Source of the DNA: a virus
Taxonomy: Duplodnaviria > Caudoviricetes
DNA length: 34,303 nucleotides
Reading direction: 5' to 3' (one strand)
Virus record (IMG/VR): IMGVR_UViG_3300032260_000012
Coordinates: 1 to 34,303 of that record
Made by a program: the position numbers and the translations under genes. The notes under the pieces are model-generated. The model had not been told where the DNA came from and did no database searches. It saw only the letters and a program-made list of their open reading frames with translations. Below are positions 8,089-16,755 of the stretch, piece after piece; position 1 is the first letter of the stretch, and the number at the start of each line of letters is the position of its first letter.

Positions 8089-8505
8089 TTAATATATTGT
8101 CATGCCTAGCCTATGGCTTATGGCTGGACATTCGATATCTTTTCTAAGTTCGCCACCACTTGTTGTGTATTCTTCACACACAGGACATCGGTTAAGCCTA
8201 GCAACTTTTAATCCAGTTTTAACTTTCAACAATAATGGATGATGTTTAAGGCTCTTAAATATGTCTGAATCACTTAGTTTGTCCGTATTTAACAACGGGA
8301 CACTTACCAACATATCGTATGAGCTAATAACCGCATACTGTATGCAGTGCTCTTTCTCGCGAAGTTCTCCGAGCATGGCGCGGACATTGGGTTTAATCGT
8401 TTTTTCTTCTTCGTCGGTGAGGAATATTCCGCGCATTTCCTTTCGATTTAGCTTTGCCATCTTTTCTCTAAAGAGAATGCTTTTTTTGGCTGGAGTCTGT
8501 GGCAT
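8089..8505 (-). CDS. Hypothetical protein, basic N-terminus and CxxC...C C-terminus
   Basis: First gene of leftward cluster; AGGGGA RBS. Confidence 0.6.
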   Translation of the reverse strand: MPQTPAKKSILFREKMAKLNRKEMRGIFLTDEEEKTIKPNVRAMLGELREKEHCIQYAVISSYDMLVSVPLLNTDKLSDSDIFKSLKHHPLLLKVKTGLKVARLNRCPVCEEYTTSGGELRKDIECPAISHRLGMTIY

Positions 8506-8605
8506 TAGTTTTCCCCTGTTGGTTGTCGTAACGTGTAGTAGTGTGACTACGATACGCGCAACTGTAAAGGGTAAGCTAGCAATAAATTGAAAGTATAGGA
8601 AAATC

Positions 8606-8625
8606 CACTGTAAAAATAAGCAGTT
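8606..8625. promoter_or_regulatory. Candidate LexA (SOS) box
   Basis: caCTGTaaaaataaGCAGtt: CTG-N10-CAG at 8608-8623, AT-rich core, one mismatch to CTGT-N8-ACAG; abuts a possible -35 TTGTAA at 8624. Confidence 0.55.
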
Positions 8626-8644
8626 GTAAATGTTTTAGAATTGA

Positions 8645-8712
8645 TTAATATAGAGGGATTCCGGACTCAAACAAGGGTGGCAGCCCTCTCGTCCGGTCAT
8701 AGCTGAATATGA
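8645..8712 (-). ncRNA. Candidate antisense RNA (about 65-70 nt, RNA I/Inc-like)
   Basis: Lies downstream of a near-consensus minus-strand promoter; folds CCGGAC...GTCCGG hairpin (8661-8696) with GCUGCCAC apex; ends approximate. Confidence 0.55.
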
Positions 8713-9106
8713 GGGTCTAGTATAGCGTAATGCTATCTATTTCTCAATGATTTGCTTCTAAATCCCCTCTATAAATCCATCTATTTTTCAGGCTGCCCCG
8801 TGCGGGGTTCACAACGTTGGCGGTTATCCAAGTGGCGAATGTCGAAGGACTCTAAATCTAATTAGAGCGGGCAAGTGCTGCCGTAACACCCGCGACCATT
8901 GGCGCAGATAATATCTGTGTGGCCAAACTACTTCACGGATGAATACCCACGATAGCCATTATTCGTGCAAGGCTCAACAGGCCGAAGTGTTGAGAGGGAA
9001 CCAATCTACGGGCATGATTGGAGCGGGCTGACCGCAAGGGAACCGAAAGTCCTATACCGCTTTGCTATGCGGTTTGGTGAAAACCAAGGGATATAAGGTG
9101 CCTTTT
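8655..9106 (+). ncRNA. Candidate long structured RNA (RNA II/primer-like replicon RNA)
   Basis: No ORF of 60 aa or more; at least 9 hairpins (e.g. 8796-8807, 8850-8867, 8867-8893, 8973-8994, 9001-9021, 9056-9074, GAAA-capped about 9075-9087); pseudoknot partners 8679-8685 and 8791-8797. Confidence 0.55.
8719..8747 (-). promoter_or_regulatory. Sigma70 promoter for the antisense RNA
   Basis: Minus strand reads TTGAGA-17 bp-TATACT. Confidence 0.7.
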
Positions 9107-9225
9107 TACATCAAAATTTAAAACATTAAAATATTCTAATATTCTAATATTAGAATATGCTAGCAATTTTATTTAATTATAAATTGTGTTTAACTGCGTT
9201 AATGTAATAATTAATTTATATAAAT
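9107..9225. other. Very AT-rich tract with AATATTCT repeats; possible origin unwinding element
   Basis: aaatattctaatattctaatattagaatat and neighbouring A/T runs directly after the structured region. Confidence 0.45.
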
Positions 9226-9239
9226 ACGGAGATACGTGA

Positions 9240-9512
9240 ATGCCACCCGACAGAGAAACTGAAAAAAGAACATTAGTCATGGAAATTAAAGGAACAAAAA
9301 GACAAGCTAAATTATTATCGCAGGCGTTAGAAAACAAAGAAATCCTAGAGATGGACCCAGAAGAGGCTTTACAATATTTCGAGTATCTTTTTTTACTTTC
9401 TTTGAGTGCTTTATATTCAGAAATCGGACCGGAAAATGTGAGAAGGACTTTTGAAGACGCATTAGCCATAGTTGAAAAAAGCATTCCTTCTGCGGAAGAA
9501 ACACAGCACTAG
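9240..9512 (+). CDS. Hypothetical protein
   Basis: GGAGA RBS; first gene of the rightward cluster. Confidence 0.55.
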   Translation: MPPDRETEKRTLVMEIKGTKRQAKLLSQALENKEILEMDPEEALQYFEYLFLLSLSALYSEIGPENVRRTFEDALAIVEKSIPSAEETQH

Positions 9513-9514
9513 AG

Positions 9515-10036
9515 GTGGCGATTGGGGTAATGGCAATGCTAAATAAAAAATATATTAACCGAATGGATTACGATGGCGCGGTAGGGTGGTTGGTAAGGTT
9601 TCCGCGCAATCATAAGAAAGATCCGCGTAACTTTGAACGCAAATTTTTTGCGGACAGTATGTTTGAAGATAGGGCAGCTGCCAAAAAAGCGGCCTATATT
9701 TTTCGTGACAAGCGCCTAGCACAGACAAAACAACTTCATTTGTTAGATAAAAAACTCCACCGTACAAATAACAACTGTGGAGAAAAGAAAAGCAACAAGA
9801 GAAATACCAGCGGCATTATGGGTATCGAGCGTAACGAGCTTAATTGGAAAGCCTTTGGGGCAATTAACAAAAAAACATGGACGAAATCATTTAGCGTGGT
9901 TGAACATTCAGAGAGAGGCGCTTTCAAGGCGGCTTGTTATGAACGGTTTAATCGTCATGGACCTTTGAGAGTTTCAATAAAAGTTGGTAACTTCCCATGT
10001 CAAATTCCCGTTAAATACGTAAAAATTAGACCATAG
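9515..10036 (+). CDS. Tandem AP2-domain DNA-binding protein without HNH
   Basis: Two AP2-like units: GWLVRF...ERKFFAD...AAKKAAYIFRDK and NTSGIMGI...WKA...TKSFSV...GAFKAACYER; true start may be ATG 9530 or 9536. Confidence 0.65.
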   Translation: MAIGVMAMLNKKYINRMDYDGAVGWLVRFPRNHKKDPRNFERKFFADSMFEDRAAAKKAAYIFRDKRLAQTKQLHLLDKKLHRTNNNCGEKKSNKRNTSGIMGIERNELNWKAFGAINKKTWTKSFSVVEHSERGAFKAACYERFNRHGPLRVSIKVGNFPCQIPVKYVKIRP

Positions 10037-10046
10037 GCCTGAATAT

Positions 10047-10397
10047 ATGAACATCCTAAAAACACACAGAAAGATTGTCGATCTCCTTGAAGTTACTGGA
10101 CGAGGGAAGGGCAAAACACCCTCCATAGAACAAATGGCTATGGTGCTTCTGATCTATCGCAAAAAGGCGACATCAGCCGCAGAAATAGCCGAAGTAATGA
10201 AAAAATCAGTGCCTTCTGTACGATCAATGGGGTATAAATTAAGCGATGGTAAAACAACCTCTTTTGATTCAGCTTATGGATTTATTGAATTAATACCATC
10301 TAGTAAGGTAATGCTTATCGACCCTGCAGTTAGATATCGTTTAACCCCGGACGGCAAAAAGTTTGCCCGAATAATAGCGAAAAGCTTTGGTGATTAA
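10047..10397 (+). CDS. Winged-helix (MarR-like) DNA-binding protein
   Basis: QMAMVLLIY...SAAEIAEVMKKSVPSVRS...YRLTPDGK. Confidence 0.65.
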   Translation: MNILKTHRKIVDLLEVTGRGKGKTPSIEQMAMVLLIYRKKATSAAEIAEVMKKSVPSVRSMGYKLSDGKTTSFDSAYGFIELIPSSKVMLIDPAVRYRLTPDGKKFARIIAKSFGD

Positions 10398-10745
10398 TAG
10401 AATGTCTATTCGCAATATACATAGATCACTATACAAACAAATACCTTCATTCAAGTGTAAAGCAGGCTGTAATGATTGTTGTGGCCCCGTGCCATTGTCA
10501 AAATATGAAGCCAATAGACTTGGTATTCCAGGCGCAGTTATAACGCCTATAAAGAACTCTACCTGTGGATTTGCCGGTGAAGATGGTTGCAGTGCATACA
10601 AAAACGTCCGTTTATGTGTCGTTTATTTGGCACGGTTGATACACCTAGATTAACCTGTCCTCATGGGAATAAGCCCCATAAATTACTTTCATCAATTAAG
10701 GGGGACCAATTAAGACGGGAATATATAGGTATTGTTGAAAAGTAA
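10390..10745 (+). pseudogene. YkgJ-family (CxxxCxxCC) Zn/Fe-S cluster protein, frameshifted
   Basis: CKAGCNDCCGP...C...CSAY in frame 1; the family motif RPFMCRLFG...CPHG continues in the -1 frame from the A5 run at 10600-10604 to TAA at 10745. Confidence 0.75.
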
Positions 10746-11017
10746 GTTGCTTTATTTTTCAAGACTAATTAGGATGGATATCGGAATTAGCAGGTACTAG
10801 ACAAATCGTATACAGTTTCGTCGGGGTCTAGAATTATTCCACTTGGACCGTTGGTATTGAGTAGCAGCTCCTCGCCCCCGCCTGGGGTTTCAGTTATTCA
10901 TTCCAACGGTCTATTTACTCTACAAGAGATATGCAATAGATCGTTGGGAGATGCGACGCGGCCATGATCGTGCCTACATGACCCCCAACGAGGTGGCTGA
11001 GTTTCTCGTCCGACGAT

Positions 11018-11740
11018 CTATTTTATATCTCTTAGATGCGAAAGAATCACACCAGTATCATGTTCACCAACGCCAGCTAACATAAATTCCTCATGGTTCC
11101 GCCAAGCCAGCCACATGAGCTTGATTTGCTCCAACAATGATAACTCGTCTCCAAGCCTCAACGAATCCCCTTTATGAACATAACCATATTTTTTAAATGG
11201 TAAATCCGGCACCGGATCATTTGACATGCACACCCGCAGATAGTTAACGTTCCGCGCCTGTTTCATTGAAAACGTCCGATCATAATAGTCCTGGGTAAAT
11301 ACCATCGGTTGAGCGAACGTAATACAATCAATCTCTTTGAATAAATGAGCGTAAAACTCTACAAACGCATCGGCCATGGCACCGCCCCGGCTCATCCCTG
11401 TTATCAAGATCTTTTCCGGGTTCAATTCAATCAACCTATCCATGATCTGTTCTGCCATTAGTTCCATGCTGATTTTCACACCCTGGTTCACGCCCCCATC
11501 GGTCTCATGGTACTTGTAGAAATTCAACGCCCATTGGAACAAATCCTTTGTGCCTGGGAACGCCACAACAGCTCTATCCCCCTCGTGGATGATGTAACAC
11601 GCATCACCCTTTCCCTTTAACAATGGGTCGATAATCGTAAGTGAATCACCAAACAGACTTTGAATTTCGTCGGGGTCTTTGTGTAGCACCACATCGGCGT
11701 ATCGTAAGGCATCAAGAAGTTCGGGCTTAGTAAAATTCAT
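11018..11740 (-). CDS. Class 3 lipase / alpha-beta hydrolase
   Basis: VVAFPGT, nucleophile elbow ITGMSRGGA, TFAQP, NDPVPDLP, GYVH and C-terminal His (GEHD). Confidence 0.85.
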   Translation of the reverse strand: MNFTKPELLDALRYADVVLHKDPDEIQSLFGDSLTIIDPLLKGKGDACYIIHEGDRAVVAFPGTKDLFQWALNFYKYHETDGGVNQGVKISMELMAEQIMDRLIELNPEKILITGMSRGGAMADAFVEFYAHLFKEIDCITFAQPMVFTQDYYDRTFSMKQARNVNYLRVCMSNDPVPDLPFKKYGYVHKGDSLRLGDELSLLEQIKLMWLAWRNHEEFMLAGVGEHDTGVILSHLRDIK

Positions 11741-11741
11741 A

Positions 11742-12122
11742 TCAATAACTCCAAATACACGGGCGAAAGGGTTCGTCCAAATCGTCTAGATGAATGATTC
11801 GTTCATGAAGGGGGCCTTTCTGTTTGATGCCCACACCCTTAATTCCAAAATCTAAGGCAGTCCTTACAAGCTTAAGGGCACGCTCACCATATATATTTAT
11901 ATCTACCGCCCTTCCTGTAGTGTGTGGGCCATTAAGACCAGTAGAGCTTACGCTGTGGTTATGTGCCGGACATCGATAGGCAGATGTAACAATGAGGGGG
12001 AAATCAACAAATTTGCGTGTCAGACCTAAACGCCACATAAAAAAATCATTCATTAACATCTGGCCACAACCACATTTACACGTCATTTCTTCCTTTGTGA
12101 AATGATCCCACCGCGTACTCAT
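11742..12122 (-). CDS. Peptidase M15A family endolysin
   Basis: HFTKEEMTCKCGCG, VTSAYRCPAHN, HTTGRAVDI and IHLD motifs. Confidence 0.9.
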   Translation of the reverse strand: MSTRWDHFTKEEMTCKCGCGQMLMNDFFMWRLGLTRKFVDFPLIVTSAYRCPAHNHSVSSTGLNGPHTTGRAVDINIYGERALKLVRTALDFGIKGVGIKQKGPLHERIIHLDDLDEPFRPCIWSY

Positions 12123-12358
12123 TTTTTTAGAAACTTGCTTTCAAGCCGTTCAACTCTAAACGTGAGATGACTGATTTTTTCATTCCCCACCATTTGCCGG
12201 GCGGTCACTTCGGCCACGTTGCCTTTTATCTGTTCTATCGACGACCCCACCCATAAGATGGCCGCGAGAATGAGCCCCGTTAAAATATTATTTAATTTGA
12301 TTCCGCTTTCAGCGGGCCTGTCGGTTACTTGTTGGGGTTCCATTAACGGGGTCTCCAA
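12119..12358 (-). CDS. Holin-like single-TM protein
   Basis: Hydrophobic ILTGLILAAILWVG followed by a coiled coil; directly upstream of the endolysin. Confidence 0.5.
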   Translation of the reverse strand: METPLMEPQQVTDRPAESGIKLNNILTGLILAAILWVGSSIEQIKGNVAEVTARQMVGNEKISHLTFRVERLESKFLKK

Positions 12359-12664
12359 TTAAGTTAGAAGGGTGTTTTTTGTTGCCTCAATCATCTGTCC
12401 ATTTTGTTTAACCACTTCGTTTCTAAACATCTCAATAGCGTGTGTTTGCCCCCGATTTGTTTGGGCGTTTTCAACCAACAAAATAGGTAACCAGTCCCCG
12501 AGAGAGCATCCCCACTCATCCAATGTATCTTCGCCTTGAGGATTTTTCCCACGTAAAGCAACGTAATGAGAACAGCGAAATATTTTCTTTTCTGCTTCAT
12601 CCACTCTCTCGCATTCATGCCCGTATGGACATGTCGTAACAACTTCGTAATCTTTGAGGGCCAT
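12359..12664 (-). CDS. Cys-containing hypothetical protein following the tail fibre
   Basis: CPYG.EC...C...G.NPQ...DEWGC..WLP.LLVENAQ..R...AIE.FRNE pattern. Confidence 0.65.
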   Translation of the reverse strand: MALKDYEVVTTCPYGHECERVDEAEKKIFRCSHYVALRGKNPQGEDTLDEWGCSLGDWLPILLVENAQTNRGQTHAIEMFRNEVVKQNGQMIEATKNTLLT

Positions 12665-12666
12665 AG

Positions 12667-13803
12667 TTAATCCTTAGAACAAACAATTACATCAATGTAT
12701 TGAGGGGCGAAAGCAGTGGGGCCGTTAGAGCCTGTGTTCCCCGTACCGGCCGCTGTTGTGGTTCCTGATCCAGAGCCTGTGGATGCTGTGGTCCCAGTAT
12801 GGGTATGTGATCCGGTTGATGATGTGTTTTCGGTTCGTGAAAGAGTGGACCCATCACCACCCAATGCGTTGTAAGTTCCCGACCCACCCCAAACGTTAAT
12901 AGTGTGGGCATGACTTCCATCACTGGCAGTTGTGAATGTGTGTGTATGCGCTATTACGGTGCTGTAACCATGCGTGTGACTTGGGCCTGTGTGCGTGTGT
13001 GCCGTGGATGGGGGCGTACTAAGGCCATGCGTGCCGCCAGAACCACCGCCGCTGCCTGAGACAACTCTCAAGGCTTTATCGTTGTCAGTTACAACCTGAG
13101 TCCATCCAGTAGGGGCGGACGCTTGATAAAACACCATTTTAGTTGCGCCACCACCTGGAAGGGTAACGATGTTCGCGTCGTATGCCTGAACATCTGTCCC
13201 TATCTCAAGGTTAACGAGTGCTTTGAAATTAGCTTCAGAGGAGATATCAAGAATCGATCTTCCATATGCTAGCGAATCCAAATGAGGATTCAGTAGTATG
13301 AAATTTGTTCCATCATAAATAACATCAACAACAGAACTAGCTTGAATCGCACCATTGTAAGGGTCGCTTCCATCGGCAAATTTAATACTTTTTGCGCCAA
13401 TAGAATTGAAATTAACCGTACACGCCCCTGTGTTAACCACATCAGTCAGAAATTGATATTTCTGCCCAACAGCATAAGCACCTGGGGAGATGGTTAACGT
13501 AACCGCGTAGGTGTCTGTTCCAGCCGCACTAGCCCCAGCATAAGACAAGGCGTTATCAATCACCTGATCAGCAGAGGCGTAGTCCGTCAACGACGTTGCA
13601 TTTCCAACACCCGTATGGCGATACGTCGCCATAGGTAGGTTTGCTGTAACGGTTGTTTGCCCGTCCTTGGTGAGGCACGTGCTTAAAGCAGTCGACATGT
13701 CATTAATGACATTATTATATTTAGCACTTTCTATTAAAGTACTCGCTACCGCTGGAAAAGAAGCCCCTGGTGGAGTGTACGAACCTGATCCATTAAAGCT
13801 CAT
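12667..13803 (-). CDS. Tail fibre protein
   Basis: N-terminal FNGSGSY..P attachment region; APTGWT collar-like motif; repeated HxH motifs in a G/S/T-rich tip. Confidence 0.8.
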   Translation of the reverse strand: MSFNGSGSYTPPGASFPAVASTLIESAKYNNVINDMSTALSTCLTKDGQTTVTANLPMATYRHTGVGNATSLTDYASADQVIDNALSYAGASAAGTDTYAVTLTISPGAYAVGQKYQFLTDVVNTGACTVNFNSIGAKSIKFADGSDPYNGAIQASSVVDVIYDGTNFILLNPHLDSLAYGRSILDISSEANFKALVNLEIGTDVQAYDANIVTLPGGGATKMVFYQASAPTGWTQVVTDNDKALRVVSGSGGGSGGTHGLSTPPSTAHTHTGPSHTHGYSTVIAHTHTFTTASDGSHAHTINVWGGSGTYNALGGDGSTLSRTENTSSTGSHTHTGTTASTGSGSGTTTAAGTGNTGSNGPTAFAPQYIDVIVCSKD

Positions 13804-15623
13804 TGTGTGCCCCCTTCTCTAGCGGCTGTTTGAGATGTGGTTATCGTTGAAATTTTGTTCACCATGTCCATAGCCATTTTCCTTTTTGGATTACTAACTG
13901 GCAGTGTCAAAGCCTTTTCCAATTCACGAGGGTCTTGAAGCATTTTCACAAGGAGGCGTTTATATTCTGGCGTTTGATCTTTGCCGACCATTCCTAATAT
14001 GTGATTGGCAACAACAACGGGGCGCGAGAGAACGTGAGGCAGTGATAAGGAAACCTCCCCCGGAAGTTCTTTCATAACTGAACCCACACTAGACCCCATG
14101 CGTCGAGCCTTATCTAAATTAATAAGCTCATCGGAAACACGCTGTACCTTGCTCACTTGATCCGGACTTAGAACATCGCCAAGCTCGTTAAAGCGAGGAA
14201 ATCCCGTTGCCCTTTTCAGGGTTCTTGGGGCCTTACTAACCGCAGTCGTAAAGGTTGAGGGGGATTCTCGTTCTAACGCCGTAGTTAACGCGCCTTGAAG
14301 CTCTTTCCCTACGTTCATTTTATTGATGGGGTCAGATAACTTTTTGTATGAGGCTTGAGCCGCCTTAAATGGGGCTGAAACTAGCCCTATTTGTTCATCG
14401 AGCGTTTTCTTAATGTCATTCAAAACACCGACGTTATATTCTTTCTGGCCACCCGTTGTTGTTTTGCCCATCATCGATTTGATTTCTTTGGACAATGAAT
14501 AGAGTGCCTGGGGGCTTGTGTCGTCCATTTTTCCACGAATATTATTCAGTGGTGTGGTGATGTTTGTTTCATTTTTATTTTTAGCAAGGACATCATCAAT
14601 TTTACTCGTGACAGGTCCAATATCGACGTTCTCTCTCGATTCCTCCACCGCTTTGTATAGAGGTCTTGTTGATGACTTTCTGGCAGTTTTTGCCAACGTC
14701 ATTTTTTCGTCGGTCCCTGCAATAGCGTCAATAATTTTTTGACGTTCAGAGGTTTGTTTTCCATAGGTTGAGCGCAAAGGCACACCCTCTAAAGGCTCCT
14801 TAGCAAGCTCCTGTTCCAGCTTAATGAATTGAGACCCATACTCATCGCCGCCCTGTCTAGCTTTAGCGATAGCTTGTCCCGCCGTCTTACCTTTGGCTTT
14901 TTGAAGCGCATCGACGATTTTTTGGCGTTGATCTCCAGCCTGTTCAACTACGAATTTTTTTACATCGCGGGCGATACCTTTCTGATACATCGGCTTGGTT
15001 AGTTCGTCTACGTAGCTAGCGGCACTTTTTGCCCCTTTCGCCGCAATGGGTAAAACGCCACCCGTCCCCGCACCGATAGCGGTTTGCTTTGCTTTATCTG
15101 TCCAGAAATTTTCCCCTTGGGTAGGTTGAGCCGCACCCATTCCCGCACCAAGTTTCATACCTTGGCCAATTCTAGGTAAGAGTTTTGCAGGAACACTCCC
15201 CCCCATCGAGGCTAAAGATGCAGGGCTGACAATGTTCCCGGCTATTCTCCCAAAGTCTATGCCCGCGTCCTCCCCTCTATTCTGCTGGTAGGCTTTCTCC
15301 TCACCGCGCACATGCTTTGAAACATCAGGGATTTGGTCGCCTAGACTGGTTAATTTTCCTAGTTCACTTGCTAATTGAGCCCCCCCCGCCGCTGGGTCTA
15401 TCATCCCTTTTAGAAAAGGACTTTCCCTAGCCATTTGGAAAATAGGTATATTGCTACGGGATTCAGGCTCGACGGGGGGTTTTGATTCGGGCAGACCTTC
15501 CTGCGTCTTAACCTGCGGCTGTTTAGCCGCTTTATAGGCGCTTACAACGGTGTCAAATTCAGGCGTGCCTTTCTTGTCTTTGTTTTTAACAATCCAATTA
15601 GCGTACTGTTCAGCGGTAGCCAT
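13800..15623 (-). CDS. DNA ejection/internal virion protein
   Basis: Large A/G/K-rich protein with glycine-zipper segments; third of three ejection-position genes. Confidence 0.65.
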   Translation of the reverse strand: MATAEQYANWIVKNKDKKGTPEFDTVVSAYKAAKQPQVKTQEGLPESKPPVEPESRSNIPIFQMARESPFLKGMIDPAAGGAQLASELGKLTSLGDQIPDVSKHVRGEEKAYQQNRGEDAGIDFGRIAGNIVSPASLASMGGSVPAKLLPRIGQGMKLGAGMGAAQPTQGENFWTDKAKQTAIGAGTGGVLPIAAKGAKSAASYVDELTKPMYQKGIARDVKKFVVEQAGDQRQKIVDALQKAKGKTAGQAIAKARQGGDEYGSQFIKLEQELAKEPLEGVPLRSTYGKQTSERQKIIDAIAGTDEKMTLAKTARKSSTRPLYKAVEESRENVDIGPVTSKIDDVLAKNKNETNITTPLNNIRGKMDDTSPQALYSLSKEIKSMMGKTTTGGQKEYNVGVLNDIKKTLDEQIGLVSAPFKAAQASYKKLSDPINKMNVGKELQGALTTALERESPSTFTTAVSKAPRTLKRATGFPRFNELGDVLSPDQVSKVQRVSDELINLDKARRMGSSVGSVMKELPGEVSLSLPHVLSRPVVVANHILGMVGKDQTPEYKRLLVKMLQDPRELEKALTLPVSNPKRKMAMDMVNKISTITTSQTAAREGGTQ

Positions 15624-15624
15624 C

Positions 15625-16734
15625 TTAAAGCCCTATGATTGCGTCAGCTTGTTGAAAAAGAGTTTCAGCTTCTTGTTCTGGTTGAACAGCGTCTCTATTC
15701 AATTCCTCGTATTTACCCCATATGTCAGACACAATTTTTAGCGCCGCTAAACGTTCCTTTCTAGGAATATTAGAGTCGCCAACCTTACCGGCCATTTCTC
15801 GATACATAGCTGTATCTCTGTCAGATTGTGGCCCTTCCATACGTGGCATTTTGGAAGTAAGGGCCCCACCCAACGCTTTAAGCTGTGCGGCCTCTGTTGC
15901 ACCTTCTGGCGAGAAGCCAAAGACCCCGGCCATATAATCGTAGGCAGTACCAACACCACTCCCCGTAGGTTTCCCAGAAGAAAGAATGGTGGAGGCTGTT
16001 TCTATAAGGTTATTGATGCCCGCCATGTTCCGCCGTTTCTCTGCCGCTGCTTTTGCGGTATCAGTTGCTGCGGCAATTTGAGGGTTCATTGCCAATTGAA
16101 CATTTTTAGTGCTTTGTTCCTTAGAACCCGCTATGTCCCCTTGTAAACTAGGATCGTCAGTACTTCTAACAAACGACTGTTCAGGACTGCTGATGTCCCC
16201 AGTTCTGGCGTTTCCTACCTTGTAGCCTTCTGCCGTGGGTAAAAATTGGAAGTAAGGGCTCGAAGAGCCACCTTGTTTAGATTTGAGCATTGCCGATGAA
16301 ACATTTTGAAAGCCCTTATCGCCCCGTAAATGAGGATCAGTCGCCGCCATCATCGCCGCCTTTGCCGGGTCGCCCGGAACAGCCGGTTGTACGGGCTGGT
16401 ATTCACTCGCCCCCCTCAAAGGTCCGCCCGTTTGAGGTTTCCCGCTCATCGTCTCAATAACCCGATTAACAGCCTCAGAGCGCCCTGACTCCATTTTTCC
16501 GGCTAAGGCCTTCTCTTGCTCAGATACCGACGCCAAACCCTTCTTGGCCATTAACGCTTGCGCTAACTGGGTCATTCCTTGCCCAATACCGCCGGGAACA
16601 ACTCGACCACTCACCATTTGAGTTTGTCGGGGCGATATCGCCTGTTGAGTCATCGCGTCTAGCAGTGCCTTTCTCCGGGCTATCTGTTGCCCCTCTGCGG
16701 CATAAGGTGTATTTTCGTACATTCTTGACTCCAA
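15625..16734 (-). CDS. DNA ejection/internal virion protein
   Basis: A/Q/G-rich helical protein, PRMEGPQSDRD motif; synteny. Confidence 0.65.
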   Translation of the reverse strand: MESRMYENTPYAAEGQQIARRKALLDAMTQQAISPRQTQMVSGRVVPGGIGQGMTQLAQALMAKKGLASVSEQEKALAGKMESGRSEAVNRVIETMSGKPQTGGPLRGASEYQPVQPAVPGDPAKAAMMAATDPHLRGDKGFQNVSSAMLKSKQGGSSSPYFQFLPTAEGYKVGNARTGDISSPEQSFVRSTDDPSLQGDIAGSKEQSTKNVQLAMNPQIAAATDTAKAAAEKRRNMAGINNLIETASTILSSGKPTGSGVGTAYDYMAGVFGFSPEGATEAAQLKALGGALTSKMPRMEGPQSDRDTAMYREMAGKVGDSNIPRKERLAALKIVSDIWGKYEELNRDAVQPEQEAETLFQQADAIIGL

Positions 16735-16755
16735 AAATCTAATGAGATTATGCGG

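Noticed and set aside
8655-9106. tRNA, group I/II intron or retron ncRNA
   Set aside because: No cloverleaf/T-loop, no interrupted gene, no recognisable intron core and no reverse transcriptase in the window.
10790-11017. Hammerhead or other self-cleaving ribozyme
   Set aside because: GAAAC-like pieces are present but no correctly placed CUGANGA core was found on either strand.
12667-13803. Diversity-generating retroelement or invertible tail fibre cassette
   Set aside because: No reverse transcriptase, invertase or duplicated template region seen.
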